Positions 41,288 through 50,913 of a stretch of DNA of 64,000 bases are shown here, piece after piece. The stretch is from Eubacteriales bacterium (GTDB taxonomy: Bacteria > Bacillota > Clostridia > Oscillospirales > CAG-272). The position numbers were made by a program, and so were the translations under genes. The first letter of the stretch is position 1, and each line of letters begins with the position of its first letter. The stretch covers positions 4,897-68,896 of the forward strand of contig JAZRDO010000023.1 of the NCBI GenBank assembly GCA_045660325.1, given 5' to 3'. The notes under the pieces were generated by a model. It saw only the letters and a program-made list of their open reading frames with translations. It searched no databases and was not told where the DNA came from.

Positions 41288-41812
41288 ATGAGACAAAACA
41301 ACCGTGAAGCAACCATTATGCTTCAAACTTATTTAAGGCAGCTTGCCTACCACGACAACGACATTCCTTTTGTTGTTATTGACGGCATTTTTGAAGAGCA
41401 AACGAGGGATGCGCTCGCCGCATTTCAAAGAAAATACGAGCTTACTCCGAACGGTATCGCCGACAGGCGAACGTGGAATCTCCTGTATGAAAAATACCTT
41501 GAATCGCTCGAAGAAAACTCAATCGCGGAAAGCCTTTTGGTATTCCCGACACGTCCCGACGGATTTTACTACAAAATGGGAGACGTGGGCTACGGCGTGG
41601 GCGTCATCCAGATGATCCTCGACTCGCTCGATGCATATTACGACTTTGGCAAAATTGCGATCGACCAAAAATTCGGAGAAAAAACACAGCGCGCGGTAAA
41701 GACTTTTCAGGAAAAAAATGGAATTTCACCCACGGGCAACGTAGACAAAAAAACATGGAATCTTCTGGCAGAGCAAATGAATTATCTGCACCGCGATTAT
41801 TTCAATACGTAA
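41288..41812 (+). CDS. peptidoglycan-binding domain protein, two repeats
   Basis: DGIFEEQT...FQ...NGIADRRTW and FQEKNGISPTGNVDKKTW. Confidence 0.85.
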   Translation: MRQNNREATIMLQTYLRQLAYHDNDIPFVVIDGIFEEQTRDALAAFQRKYELTPNGIADRRTWNLLYEKYLESLEENSIAESLLVFPTRPDGFYYKMGDVGYGVGVIQMILDSLDAYYDFGKIAIDQKFGEKTQRAVKTFQEKNGISPTGNVDKKTWNLLAEQMNYLHRDYFNT

Positions 41813-41816
41813 AGAT

Positions 41817-41845
41817 ACGGGCAATCCTGCGATTGCCCGTTTTTT
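41817..41845 (+). terminator. terminator of the sleC unit
   Basis: ACGGGCAATC/GATTGCCCGT followed by a T-run. Confidence 0.8.
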
Positions 41846-41900
41846 CTTTGAAAATCAAGGGAATTTATATATAAATATATATAAAAATCACAAAAACAGA

Positions 41901-41950
41901 TTGACAAAGCTGTGACGTTGTTGTATAATTATAAGTGGCATACTATGCCA
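41901..41950 (+). promoter_or_regulatory. sigma-A promoter with palindromic operator candidate
   Basis: TTGACA-N17-TATAAT (41901-41929), then TGGCATA-C-TATGCCA (41936-41950). Confidence 0.75.
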
Positions 41951-41996
41951 ATTTAAAACACAAAAATTAAAATTCATTCAAATAAAGGAGACTGAA

Positions 41997-44723
41997 ATGG
42001 ATTTCAAAAATATTGACAAAAAGTACCGTCCTGTCCCCTTCTGGTCATGGAACGAAAAGCTCACGGTTGACGAAACTCTTCGCCAGACAAAGATGATGGA
42101 CGAGGCAGGTATCGGCGGTTACTTCATGCACGCTCGCGGCGGTCTTCAGACCGAATACATGGGCGAGGAATGGTTCGAGAACGTTTCCGCTTGTATCGAG
42201 GATGCAAAGGAAAGAGGTATGCACGCTTGGGCTTACGACGAGAACGGCTGGCCCTCAGGCTTTGGCGGCGGTCTTGTAAACGGCAAGGGCGAAAAGTACT
42301 GGCAGAAGTACCTTCGCTACATTCCGAAGGATGCCGACAGATCCAATATTCCCGAGCACCGCATTATTCACATTGACGACGAATACTGCTTCTACTACGA
42401 CGTTAACCCCTTCTACGTTGACACTCTCGACAAAGAGGTTATCGCCGACTTTATAAATGAAATCTACGAGCCCTACTACACAAGATACGGCTCTCAGTTC
42501 GACGGCTTCTTCACAGACGAGCCTCAGATCTCCAGAAACGGTATTCCGTGGAGCTTAACACTCCCCGCAGCATACGAGGCGGCTTACGGTGAAAGCATTT
42601 ACGAGATCCTTCCCAAGCTCTATATTCAGAAGGACGGCTTCCCCCACGCGCGAGTTAAGTTCTGGAAGCTTGTAACCGAGCTCTTCTCAAACGCATTCAA
42701 TAAGCAGATCTACGAATGGTGCCACGCTCACGATCTTAAGTTCACAGGACATCTCGTTCTTGAGGAAAATCTCGGCTGCCAGCTTATCTCCAACGGCGCT
42801 TGTATGCCTCACTACGAATATATGGATATTCCCGGTATGGACTGGCTCGGCAGAAACATCTTCCCCTGCTTTACTCACTATCAGGTATCTTCCGTTGCCG
42901 CGCAGACGGGCAAGAAGCAGATCCTCTCCGAAACCTTCGCGCTCTGCGGACACAACGTAGGCTTTGACGAGCTCAAGAGAAACTACGAGTGGATGATGGT
43001 ACGCGGTATCAACCTCCTCTGCCAGCACCTTGAGGGCTACTCTCTCCGCGGTATCAGAAAGAGAGACTATCCTCCGGCAATGTACTGCCAGCAGCCTTGG
43101 TGGGCCGACTATAAGGAATTCAACGACGCTATGTCAAGAGTTGGCATGCTCCTCGCTGAAGGTAAGGTTAAGGTGAATACACTTTGTATGCACAATATGA
43201 CATCCGCTTGGGTATGCTTTGACAATGCGGCTAATCCCGGCCTTGATTTCTACAATATCGTTCAGGTTGAGGCTATGATGAAGCTTGAAGCAAAGCACAT
43301 TCCCTTCCATTTCGGCGACGAAATCATGATGGAAAGACACGGACGAGTTGAAAACGGCAAGCTCATTATCGGCGAGATGGAATACGACACAGTTGTAACT
43401 CCTCGCCACCATATGTACCTTGAGAACACCGAAAAGCTCCTTGCCGAATTCAAGGCACAGGGCGGTAGAATCGTTGAATCCGTTGACGAGCTTGAGGCAA
43501 ACGACATTATCGACAATCCCAAGATCACATACACAACACGCGAGTTCCCCGACTTTACAATGCACTACTTTGTAAGCACAAACGACACAGAGGAGACTGC
43601 TAAGATCACTCGCGGCAGCTACGCTATTGACGTAGTAACAGGTGAAAAGATCGACTTTACAGGCGAATATACTTTCCCGCAGTACGGCTCCCTTATCGTT
43701 ATCGAGGACGGCACACCCAAGTCCGAAAAGAAGGAAGAAAAGACACTCTCTCCCCTCTCTCTTGAAGGCAACTGGACAGTTAAGTCCGCAACCGAAAACG
43801 CGCTCACACTCGACTTCTGCAAGTATTGGTTCGACGGCGAGCTTCAGCAGGAGAACGGCTATATTTTGAACGTTGCCTCCAGAGCTTACGCGCTCGGCAG
43901 ACCCGTTGATATCAAGTGCGAATTCAAGGTTGATATGGACTACGTTCCCGCAGAGCTTTACCTTGCCTGCGAAACACCCGAGATCTTCAAGATCGTGATC
44001 AACGGTCGCGAGCTCGAGCAGCGCGATTGCGGTTACTTCCGCGATATTGCCTTCAGAAAGCTTGACGTTTCGGGCTATATGCAGAAGGGCGAGAACGTAA
44101 TCGAGCTTTATACTCTCTTCGTTCAGTCGGACAAGGTTTACGAAAATATGGAAAAATCCAAGATTTTCGAATCCGAAAAGAACAAGCTTACATACGATAT
44201 GGAAATTGAGGCTATGTACCTCGTAGGCGACTTCTCCGTTCGTATGGACGGCGAATTCGTTGACACTCCCGGCTATGCGGTTCATTTCGACGGTAGCTTC
44301 ACGGTTGACGCTCCCAAGTGTGAGGTAACTCTCCACGAGATCGAAAAGCAGGGCTTCCCCTTCTTCGCAGGCGAGCTTACACTTACAAAGAAATTCACTC
44401 TTGACTCCGCTGATTACAAGCTCGACTTTATCCGTCGCGGTGTAAACGTAGTTAGAGTTAAGGTAAACGGACGCGACGTTACAAAGGTTCTCTGGGCTCC
44501 CTTCTCGGTTGATCTCTCCGAGTTCCTTACAGCAGGCGAAAACGAGGTTGAAATTACTCTTGTAAATAACCTCCGTAACCTCTTAGGTCCTCACCACCAT
44601 CCCGCAGGAGAGCTTCTCTCTGTTGCTCCTCCCTGCTTCTACGACGAGGGCTGCCTCTGGAACGGATTCCACGGCGGACACTTCACAAAGAAGTACAGCT
44701 TCGTTCACACATCCCTTATCTAA
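41997..44723 (+). CDS. glycoside hydrolase, GH106 (alpha-L-rhamnosidase)-like, cytoplasmic
   Basis: PFWSWN, FMHARGGL, YDENGWPSG, FFTDEP, SETFAL; no signal peptide. Confidence 0.8.
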   Translation: MDFKNIDKKYRPVPFWSWNEKLTVDETLRQTKMMDEAGIGGYFMHARGGLQTEYMGEEWFENVSACIEDAKERGMHAWAYDENGWPSGFGGGLVNGKGEKYWQKYLRYIPKDADRSNIPEHRIIHIDDEYCFYYDVNPFYVDTLDKEVIADFINEIYEPYYTRYGSQFDGFFTDEPQISRNGIPWSLTLPAAYEAAYGESIYEILPKLYIQKDGFPHARVKFWKLVTELFSNAFNKQIYEWCHAHDLKFTGHLVLEENLGCQLISNGACMPHYEYMDIPGMDWLGRNIFPCFTHYQVSSVAAQTGKKQILSETFALCGHNVGFDELKRNYEWMMVRGINLLCQHLEGYSLRGIRKRDYPPAMYCQQPWWADYKEFNDAMSRVGMLLAEGKVKVNTLCMHNMTSAWVCFDNAANPGLDFYNIVQVEAMMKLEAKHIPFHFGDEIMMERHGRVENGKLIIGEMEYDTVVTPRHHMYLENTEKLLAEFKAQGGRIVESVDELEANDIIDNPKITYTTREFPDFTMHYFVSTNDTEETAKITRGSYAIDVVTGEKIDFTGEYTFPQYGSLIVIEDGTPKSEKKEEKTLSPLSLEGNWTVKSATENALTLDFCKYWFDGELQQENGYILNVASRAYALGRPVDIKCEFKVDMDYVPAELYLACETPEIFKIVINGRELEQRDCGYFRDIAFRKLDVSGYMQKGENVIELYTLFVQSDKVYENMEKSKIFESEKNKLTYDMEIEAMYLVGDFSVRMDGEFVDTPGYAVHFDGSFTVDAPKCEVTLHEIEKQGFPFFAGELTLTKKFTLDSADYKLDFIRRGVNVVRVKVNGRDVTKVLWAPFSVDLSEFLTAGENEVEITLVNNLRNLLGPHHHPAGELLSVAPPCFYDEGCLWNGFHGGHFTKKYSFVHTSLI

Positions 44724-44737
44724 AAATAAAAAACACT

Positions 44738-44770
44738 TTGAGGTGTTGCATAAGCAGCACCTCAATTTTT
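44738..44770 (+). terminator. intrinsic terminator
   Basis: TTGAGGTGTTGC/GCAGCACCTCAA followed by a T-run. Confidence 0.75.
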
Positions 44771-44778
44771 AAAAGGAT

Positions 44779-45924
44779 ATGACAGAAAGATTATTTGATT
44801 TGGATTCAAAGCTCTGCGAGTTTGACGCAGAGGTTATCTCCTGTGAAATCGCAGGCGAGAAGTACGAAATTTTGCTCGATAAGACCGCGTTTTTCCCAAA
44901 CGAGGGCGGACAAACGAGTGATATCGGTATCCTCGGCAGCGCACAAATTGAAAACGTAATTGAGCGAGACGGCAAGATATTTCATATTTCAAGCTCTCCC
45001 TTGACCGTCGGCGAGACCGTACACGGCAAAATCGACTTTTCGCACCGCTATTACAATATGCAAAACCACACGGGCGAGCATATAATTTCGGGAATCGTAC
45101 ACGCAAAATACGGCTATGACAACGTAGGCTTCCACCTCTCCCGCGAGGGTATGACGGTGGATTTCTCGGGCGAGCTCACACGATCCCAGCTTGACGAAAT
45201 TGAGGAGCTTGCAAACCGTGTAATCTACGAATGCCACCCGATAAAATGCTATTATCCCGCAAAGGAAGGGCTTTCGGGTATATCTTACCGCGCAAAGCTT
45301 GAAAACATTGAAAACACCCGACTCGTCGAGATCGAGGGTGTTGATATCTGCGCGTGCTGCGCCCCTCACGTTCACAATACGGGCGAGGTGGGAATTATCA
45401 AAATTCTCGACTTTATAAGATACAAGGGCGGCGTGCGCCTCAACGTCGTTTGCGGTATGGCGGCGCTCTACGATTACCGCGAAAAATACAACCAGTGTAA
45501 GCTTATCGGGGGCGCGCTCTCAGTCAAGCAAAACGAGGTTTTCGATGCGACTCAAAGACTTCTCGATACCATTGACGGATATCGCGAAAAGCTTTATCTG
45601 GCAAAGCGTTCCCTTCGCGAGTACAAGATAGCATCCATTGATGCGACAGACGGAAACGTTTGTATTTTTGAAGACGATGGCGATATGAATGATATGCGCG
45701 AGCTGCTCAATTCCATAATGCCTAAATGCTCCGGCATCTGCGCCTGCTTTGTAGGCAATGACAGGGACGGATATAAGTTCATCGCGGCAAGTGAGCGCGT
45801 AAATATGCGGGAGATTGCCACCAAAATGAAGAATGAGCTGAATGCCCGTGGCGGCGGATCGGAAAAAATGATTCAAGGAAGCATTGCCTCCTCACGCGAA
45901 AAAATACAGGATTTTTTCAAATAA
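44779..45924 (+). CDS. AlaX-type tRNA editing protein with C-terminal DHHA1 domain
   Basis: TAFFPNEGGQ, QNHTGEH, CCAPH, ARGGGS. Confidence 0.9.
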   Translation: MTERLFDLDSKLCEFDAEVISCEIAGEKYEILLDKTAFFPNEGGQTSDIGILGSAQIENVIERDGKIFHISSSPLTVGETVHGKIDFSHRYYNMQNHTGEHIISGIVHAKYGYDNVGFHLSREGMTVDFSGELTRSQLDEIEELANRVIYECHPIKCYYPAKEGLSGISYRAKLENIENTRLVEIEGVDICACCAPHVHNTGEVGIIKILDFIRYKGGVRLNVVCGMAALYDYREKYNQCKLIGGALSVKQNEVFDATQRLLDTIDGYREKLYLAKRSLREYKIASIDATDGNVCIFEDDGDMNDMRELLNSIMPKCSGICACFVGNDRDGYKFIAASERVNMREIATKMKNELNARGGGSEKMIQGSIASSREKIQDFFK

Positions 45925-46062
45925 TTTAAAAATTTTAAGCTCCACCACTTGAAATAGTTTTAAATATGTTTTATAATAGTACGTAAGATACGAAATACTT
46001 ATTTATACGATTAAATAAGGTTTCGATAACCACATTTGCAAAAAGAAAGGAAACGGCACAGT

Positions 46063-46749
46063 ATGAACCGAGAAGAAATGAATTCCCTGATCCTTGACTC
46101 CGTACGCGACGCCGATCTTACGACGAACGAGATTCCTTCCATTGATCTGTATCTTGAGCAGATCATAAGACTTATTTCAGATAAAAATGCTCAGGGCTCC
46201 GAGATCTTCTCCGACCGAGTTCCCACGAAAACTATGGTCAACAATTACTCGAAGGCAGAGATCATCACACCGCTTAAGGGCAAGACCTACAACAAAGAGC
46301 AAATTATCCAGATATTGCTTACAAATTCACTTAAAAATACGCTTTCCATAGCCGAGATAAAGAGCATTATGGATTGCATTTACAAAAATGAAAATGCGAC
46401 CGAGAATCTCTACTCTCTATACGACCAATATTTCAAGGCGAAGGAAGACGCAAGACAGCTTACTGTTGAGAATGCGGAGCGCATTATAGAGAAAAGCAAG
46501 CTTGATTCCGAGAACACTCTTGATATGATCCTTCTCTCCTGCGCCCTCTCCGCACTTGCGGACTACTATAAGTGTATGGCAAAAGCAGTGCTTGGAAAGA
46601 CCTGCGAGACAGAACTTGCCGATATGGTAAGCGACGAAGAGACAGAGGCAGTCGAGGAAAGCAAGAAGGCGGCAAAAAAGGCAAAGAAAGCTGCAAAAAA
46701 GGCGGCGAAGGCTGAAGCCAAGGAAGCAGAAAAGAAAGCCGAGGAATAA
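46063..46749 (+). CDS. DUF1836-like protein
   Basis: IPSIDLYLEQ, TKTMVNNYSK, K/A-rich tail. Confidence 0.8.
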   Translation: MNREEMNSLILDSVRDADLTTNEIPSIDLYLEQIIRLISDKNAQGSEIFSDRVPTKTMVNNYSKAEIITPLKGKTYNKEQIIQILLTNSLKNTLSIAEIKSIMDCIYKNENATENLYSLYDQYFKAKEDARQLTVENAERIIEKSKLDSENTLDMILLSCALSALADYYKCMAKAVLGKTCETELADMVSDEETEAVEESKKAAKKAKKAAKKAAKAEAKEAEKKAEE

Positions 46750-46751
46750 CT

Positions 46752-47129
46752 ATGGCAATAATATTTGAAGAAATATCTACGGATGCCCTGGCGTATCTTG
46801 GGGACTCGGTTATCGAGCTTCTCGTCCGCGAGCATCTTGTAAATATGAACATAACAAGCTCGGGCGGACTTAACTCAAAATCCCTCGAATTTGTAAAAGC
46901 AGGCGCACAGGCGCAGGCTATGAGAAACATTCTCCCCCTTCTGACCGACGAAGAGGAGGCAATATTCAAGCGCGGACGTAATAAGGCGGGCGGAAACGTG
47001 CCGAAAAGCGCCACAGTCAGCGAATATCGCGCGGCAACGGGTATGGAAACACTTTTCGGTTACCTTCATCTTAAGGGCGACAGAGAGCGAATTTCCCTCC
47101 TCTTCCGCGAGGGCTATAAAATACAGTAA
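46752..47129 (+). CDS. mrnC: mini-ribonuclease III
   Basis: LAYLGDSV, KRGRN, YRAATGMETLFGYL. Confidence 0.92.
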   Translation: MAIIFEEISTDALAYLGDSVIELLVREHLVNMNITSSGGLNSKSLEFVKAGAQAQAMRNILPLLTDEEEAIFKRGRNKAGGNVPKSATVSEYRAATGMETLFGYLHLKGDRERISLLFREGYKIQ

Positions 47130-47157
47130 AATAAAAAAACGAAAGGATACCTTAAAA

Positions 47158-47658
47158 ATGAGCAATCCCAAGGTTAAAATAACAGTAAGAGATTTCGGCG
47201 AGATGACAGTTGAGCTCTATCCCGAAAAGGCACCCAAGACAGTTGAAAACTTCCTCTCCCTCGTTAAGAGCGGCTTCTATTCCGGTCTTATCTTCCACAG
47301 AGTAATCGCAGGCTTTATGATTCAGGGCGGCGGCTTTGACGAAAGCTTTGATCACGTAGAAGCAAAGGCGATAAAGGGCGAATTTATCAGAAACGGCTTT
47401 ATGTCCAACGATATCAAGCACAAAAGAGGCGTTCTCTCTATGGCTCGTACAATGGATCCCAACTCCGCTTCCTCCCAGTTCTTCATCATGCACAAGGATG
47501 CGCCCCACCTCGACACACAGTATGCGGCATTCGGCGCAGTTACAGAGGGCATCGAGGTAGTTGACGCTATCGCGGCAGTTAAGACGGGTAACTACTCCTA
47601 TTTCAGCGACGTACCGAAGTGCGCGGTTGTTATCGACAAAATGGAGATTATTGAATAA
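47158..47658 (+). CDS. cyclophilin-type peptidyl-prolyl isomerase
   Basis: APKTVENF, FHRVIAGFMIQGG, SMAR, SSQFFI, YAAFG. Confidence 0.95.
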   Translation: MSNPKVKITVRDFGEMTVELYPEKAPKTVENFLSLVKSGFYSGLIFHRVIAGFMIQGGGFDESFDHVEAKAIKGEFIRNGFMSNDIKHKRGVLSMARTMDPNSASSQFFIMHKDAPHLDTQYAAFGAVTEGIEVVDAIAAVKTGNYSYFSDVPKCAVVIDKMEIIE

Positions 47659-47661
47659 AAT

Positions 47662-47696
47662 AAAAGCAAGGCTTCTTTTTAGAAGCCTTGCTTTTT
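47662..47696. terminator. intrinsic terminator, probably bidirectional
   Basis: AAAAGCAAGGCTTCT/AGAAGCCTTGCTTTT. Confidence 0.8.
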
Positions 47697-47697
47697 C

Positions 47698-47867
47698 GTA
47701 GGGCGGAGTTATGATATCCGCCGTTTAATGGTACTTTTGGGTAAGTTCTTTGGAGTCCAGAACCTTCTTATTAAAAAAACGGCGGAGTTATGATATCCGC
47801 CGTTTAATTGTACTTTTTGGTAAGTTCTTTGGAGTCCAGAACCTTTCTTTCAAGAAAGGTTTTGGGA
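47698..47867 (-). repeat. composite REP-like palindromic repeat cluster, copy 2
   Basis: Internal direct repeat of about 65 bp (47702-47766 and 47781-47845). The reverse complement matches the 7128-7366 unit. Begins GTAGGGCGGA...TCCGCC on the plus strand. Confidence 0.9.
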
Positions 47868-47872
47868 AACAA

Positions 47873-48898
47873 TCAATCTATAACTGTAATCCAGCCTTCG
47901 GGCGCAGGAATTCTACCCATCTGAATACCCGTAAGAGTATCATAAAGCTTCTTGGTTACAGGTCCCATATCGGTCATACCCGAGGGGAGAGCTATTTCCT
48001 TGTCTCCGTTTACGATCATACCAACAGGAGAGATAACCGCCGCAGTACCGCAAAGACCGCACTCTGCAAAGTCCTCAAGCTCGGTAACGTACACCTCGCG
48101 CTCCTCAACCTCAAGACCGAGATATTCCTTTGCAACGTAAAGCAGTGAGCGTCTTGTAATAGAAGGGAGGATACTGCCCGACTTGGGTGTAACCACCTTG
48201 CCATCGCGGGTAACGAAAATAATATTCGCACCGCCCGTCTCCTCGATCTTTGTGCGAGTGCCGGGATCAAGATAAATATTCTCGTCAAAGCCCTTTTCGT
48301 GCGCGTCAACGATATTATAAAGGCTCATAGCATAGTTAAGACCCGCCTTGATATGTCCCGTGCCGTGGGGTGCAGCTCTGTCAAGGTCGGAAATGCGAAG
48401 CTTCAGGGGACGAACGCCTCCCTTAAAGTAAGGGCCTACGGGCGTTGCAAAAATTCTGAACTGAAATTCCGTCGCGGGCTTTACGCCGATAACGGGATTA
48501 GTACCCATCATATACGGGCGGAGATAAAGTGTCGCGCCCGAGCCGTAGGGGGGTACAAATTCCTTGTTCGCGCGAACCGTCTCGATCACCGCATCAACGA
48601 ATCTATCCTCGGGAAAGATCGGCATCTTGAGCTTGTCCGCAGACTGAGCCATTCTCTCGGCATTGAGATCAGGGCGGAAGGCAACTATCTTGCCGTCCTC
48701 GGTCGTATATGCCTTAAGTCCCTCAAAGCAGGTCTGACAGTACTGGAAAACGCACGCGCACTCACTAAGCGTGATCGTGTCGTCCTCGGTAAGCTGACCG
48801 TCGTCCCACTTGCCGTCCTTGTAATAGGAAACGTATCTCTTGTCCGTCTTGATATAGCCGAATCCAAGCTCGCTCCAATTTATATTTTTCTTATCCAC
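47873..48898 (-). CDS. ilvE: branched-chain amino acid aminotransferase
   Basis: FEGLKAY, LYLRP, KAGLNY, EETGGAN, ILPSITR, CGTAAVI. GTG start assumed. Confidence 0.94.
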   Translation of the reverse strand: MDKKNINWSELGFGYIKTDKRYVSYYKDGKWDDGQLTEDDTITLSECACVFQYCQTCFEGLKAYTTEDGKIVAFRPDLNAERMAQSADKLKMPIFPEDRFVDAVIETVRANKEFVPPYGSGATLYLRPYMMGTNPVIGVKPATEFQFRIFATPVGPYFKGGVRPLKLRISDLDRAAPHGTGHIKAGLNYAMSLYNIVDAHEKGFDENIYLDPGTRTKIEETGGANIIFVTRDGKVVTPKSGSILPSITRRSLLYVAKEYLGLEVEEREVYVTELEDFAECGLCGTAAVISPVGMIVNGDKEIALPSGMTDMGPVTKKLYDTLTGIQMGRIPAPEGWITVID

Positions 48899-49014
48899 AA
48901 AATCACATCCCTTCGGATAAATCATAATAATAATATACTACGATTATATCACTATCCGTCGGCACTTTCAATAGGTTATGCCAAAAAAGTTAGACATTTT
49001 GGCATAAATTTATC

Positions 49015-49048
49015 AAAAAAACCGCCCTGCAGCTGCAGAGCGGTTTTT
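49015..49048 (-). terminator. terminator after surface protein gene
   Basis: AAAAACCGC...GCGGTTTTT hairpin. Confidence 0.75.
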
Positions 49049-49058
49049 ATATTAAAAT

Positions 49059-50747
49059 TTAGTCTTCTTTTTTCTTCTTAAAGGTGATAAGACCAGCAAC
49101 GGATGCCGTAAGCACGATAGCGATAGCGCCAACGCCTACGAATGAGCCGCAGCCACCTGCAGGCTCTTCCTTCTTTGTAGAGGAAGGTCTTCTGATTGTG
49201 GTGGTATCGTCCGTCTTGTCCTCAACGTCACAAACGGGACAGTCACCCATCTGATCCAATTCCTCGCCGCAAATGTCACAAAGGAAGCTCTCCTCGATAA
49301 AGCCATCATCGGGGAAGGAAATATCGTCGGGAGAAATGATGAAGCCCTCTTCTCTTTCCGCAACATACTGCGCGATCTCATCTCCGCTTCTGAAGAAGCC
49401 GAGAGCTACGATCTCAAAGGGCTCGGTTGCAAGAAGTCCCGTCGCATCAAAGCGCACGCCGTGGATACGGCTTTCCTTATCCGCGAATTCATCAACGTTG
49501 ATTCTCTGATACATTACAACGTAATAATCGTCGCATCCCTCGGGAGTGATATCAACAAGATACTCGGAGTTCATAGCAACTCTGTGATCCGTATCGGGAC
49601 CAAGAACGTCGCCGGCATAGTAGAAGAAGCCCGCGCCCTCAATTCCAAGACAGGACTCGGAGATATGAACGTTTTCAATACGGGGGCATGTGCAGTAATT
49701 CTTCATAACGATCGCAACGTAACGGAAATCCTTGATATCAACGGAATAATCGTTAACCACGTTAAACGTTATAGAAGCCATACCCGTGGAGGAATTAACC
49801 TTGATAGTACCGTCGGGTGTAAGCTCAGTCGTGCACTGAGACGTTATGGGAAGCTTGTTGTTCTGAGCGCGGAGAGTACCGTCGAAAAGAACACCGGGAG
49901 TGCCTACGGGGATCTCGGATCCGTCGATAATGGGAGCGAAGGTCTTACCTCTGTTTACAGGCTCCTGACGGTCACTGCCTGTGGGCTTGATTCCGTTCAT
50001 CTCAAGGACAGTAAACTTAACGGGAACGTCCTTCACGCCGGACTTAACTGAAATACCGAAGTATGCAAGTCCCTGCTCTGTCTTGAACGCGTTGCGCAAA
50101 GCCAAATTGTTTTGGGAAATTACAGGGTGATCGTTAATATAAATAATACTGTCTACAACTTTAAGCTCGATGATCTGCTTTTCATCTACCACGTTGGGAG
50201 TAAACTCCTCGCCTGTAAGACCGCCAAGCTGAGTCCAACCGCCGGGAGTACCGGGTGTACCGCAGGAGAAGCCCTCGAAAATAGAGAACTGACCGTCCTT
50301 CTTGCCGAAGTTTACACAGTCACGGAGCAAGCAAGACCAGCCGTAGCCGTATTCGCCACTCATATTGGCGCCCTGAGCAAGACCGTTCTTCTCGGACCAG
50401 AAGGTAAAGCTGATCCAGCAGTCGCCGGCAGTGTCGAACTCATCAACAGCAACCTTAACAGAGAAGTTTGCAATATCAACCTTGTTCTTCGTAATAGCAG
50501 TGAAATTCGCCTGAGAATTCTGATATACGGGAGGAATGATCTCAAAGCCTCTGTCCGTATACTCATAGCCGGGAGTGGAAAGGAAAACCTCTTCGCCCTC
50601 TTCAAGCTTGTCTTCATCGGACGCATTCAGCATAACCTCCCAAGCACCCTCGGCAACGACGTCGTCCGCATAAGCGGGGATCGCACACACCGCAAATACG
50701 GAAATAATCATAAGTGCCGAAAGCATTAAGGATATAATCTTCTTCAT
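49059..50747 (-). CDS. secreted/surface protein, paralogue A, with C-terminal CxxC-x10-CxxC, GGCGS motif and membrane anchor
   Basis: Signal peptide ending AYA; C-terminus CDICG...CPVC, T-rich linker, GGCGS, TM helix, FKKKKED. Confidence 0.88.
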   Translation of the reverse strand: MKKIISLMLSALMIISVFAVCAIPAYADDVVAEGAWEVMLNASDEDKLEEGEEVFLSTPGYEYTDRGFEIIPPVYQNSQANFTAITKNKVDIANFSVKVAVDEFDTAGDCWISFTFWSEKNGLAQGANMSGEYGYGWSCLLRDCVNFGKKDGQFSIFEGFSCGTPGTPGGWTQLGGLTGEEFTPNVVDEKQIIELKVVDSIIYINDHPVISQNNLALRNAFKTEQGLAYFGISVKSGVKDVPVKFTVLEMNGIKPTGSDRQEPVNRGKTFAPIIDGSEIPVGTPGVLFDGTLRAQNNKLPITSQCTTELTPDGTIKVNSSTGMASITFNVVNDYSVDIKDFRYVAIVMKNYCTCPRIENVHISESCLGIEGAGFFYYAGDVLGPDTDHRVAMNSEYLVDITPEGCDDYYVVMYQRINVDEFADKESRIHGVRFDATGLLATEPFEIVALGFFRSGDEIAQYVAEREEGFIISPDDISFPDDGFIEESFLCDICGEELDQMGDCPVCDVEDKTDDTTTIRRPSSTKKEEPAGGCGSFVGVGAIAIVLTASVAGLITFKKKKED

Positions 50748-50850
50748 TTTAATTTTTCTCCTTATAGGAAAGTCTTAACGAAAGGATCACAATATACCCT
50801 AATCGTTAAATAAATATAAAAAATCGCGCGTTTTGGATTTATGAAACATT

Positions 50851-50881
50851 AAAGGCATCCCGCAAACTGCGGGTTGCCTTT
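50851..50881 (-). terminator. terminator-like hairpin between the two paralogues
   Basis: AAAGGCATCCCGCA/TGCGGGTTGCCTTT. Confidence 0.65.
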
Positions 50882-50913
50882 AATATCATTTAGCATAAAG
50901 CGAATAAACCAAA

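Noticed and set aside
43134-44336. Long antisense ORFs (this 400-aa one, also 56543-57742, 35900-36811, 4323-5243, 29605-30489 and others)
   Set aside because: They shadow well-supported genes on the opposite strand, lack RBS and motifs, and are expected from codon bias.
47750-48148. ORFs containing NLSFKKGFG (here and 6680-7201)
   Set aside because: The shared peptide is only a translation of the REP-like repeat, not a protein family.
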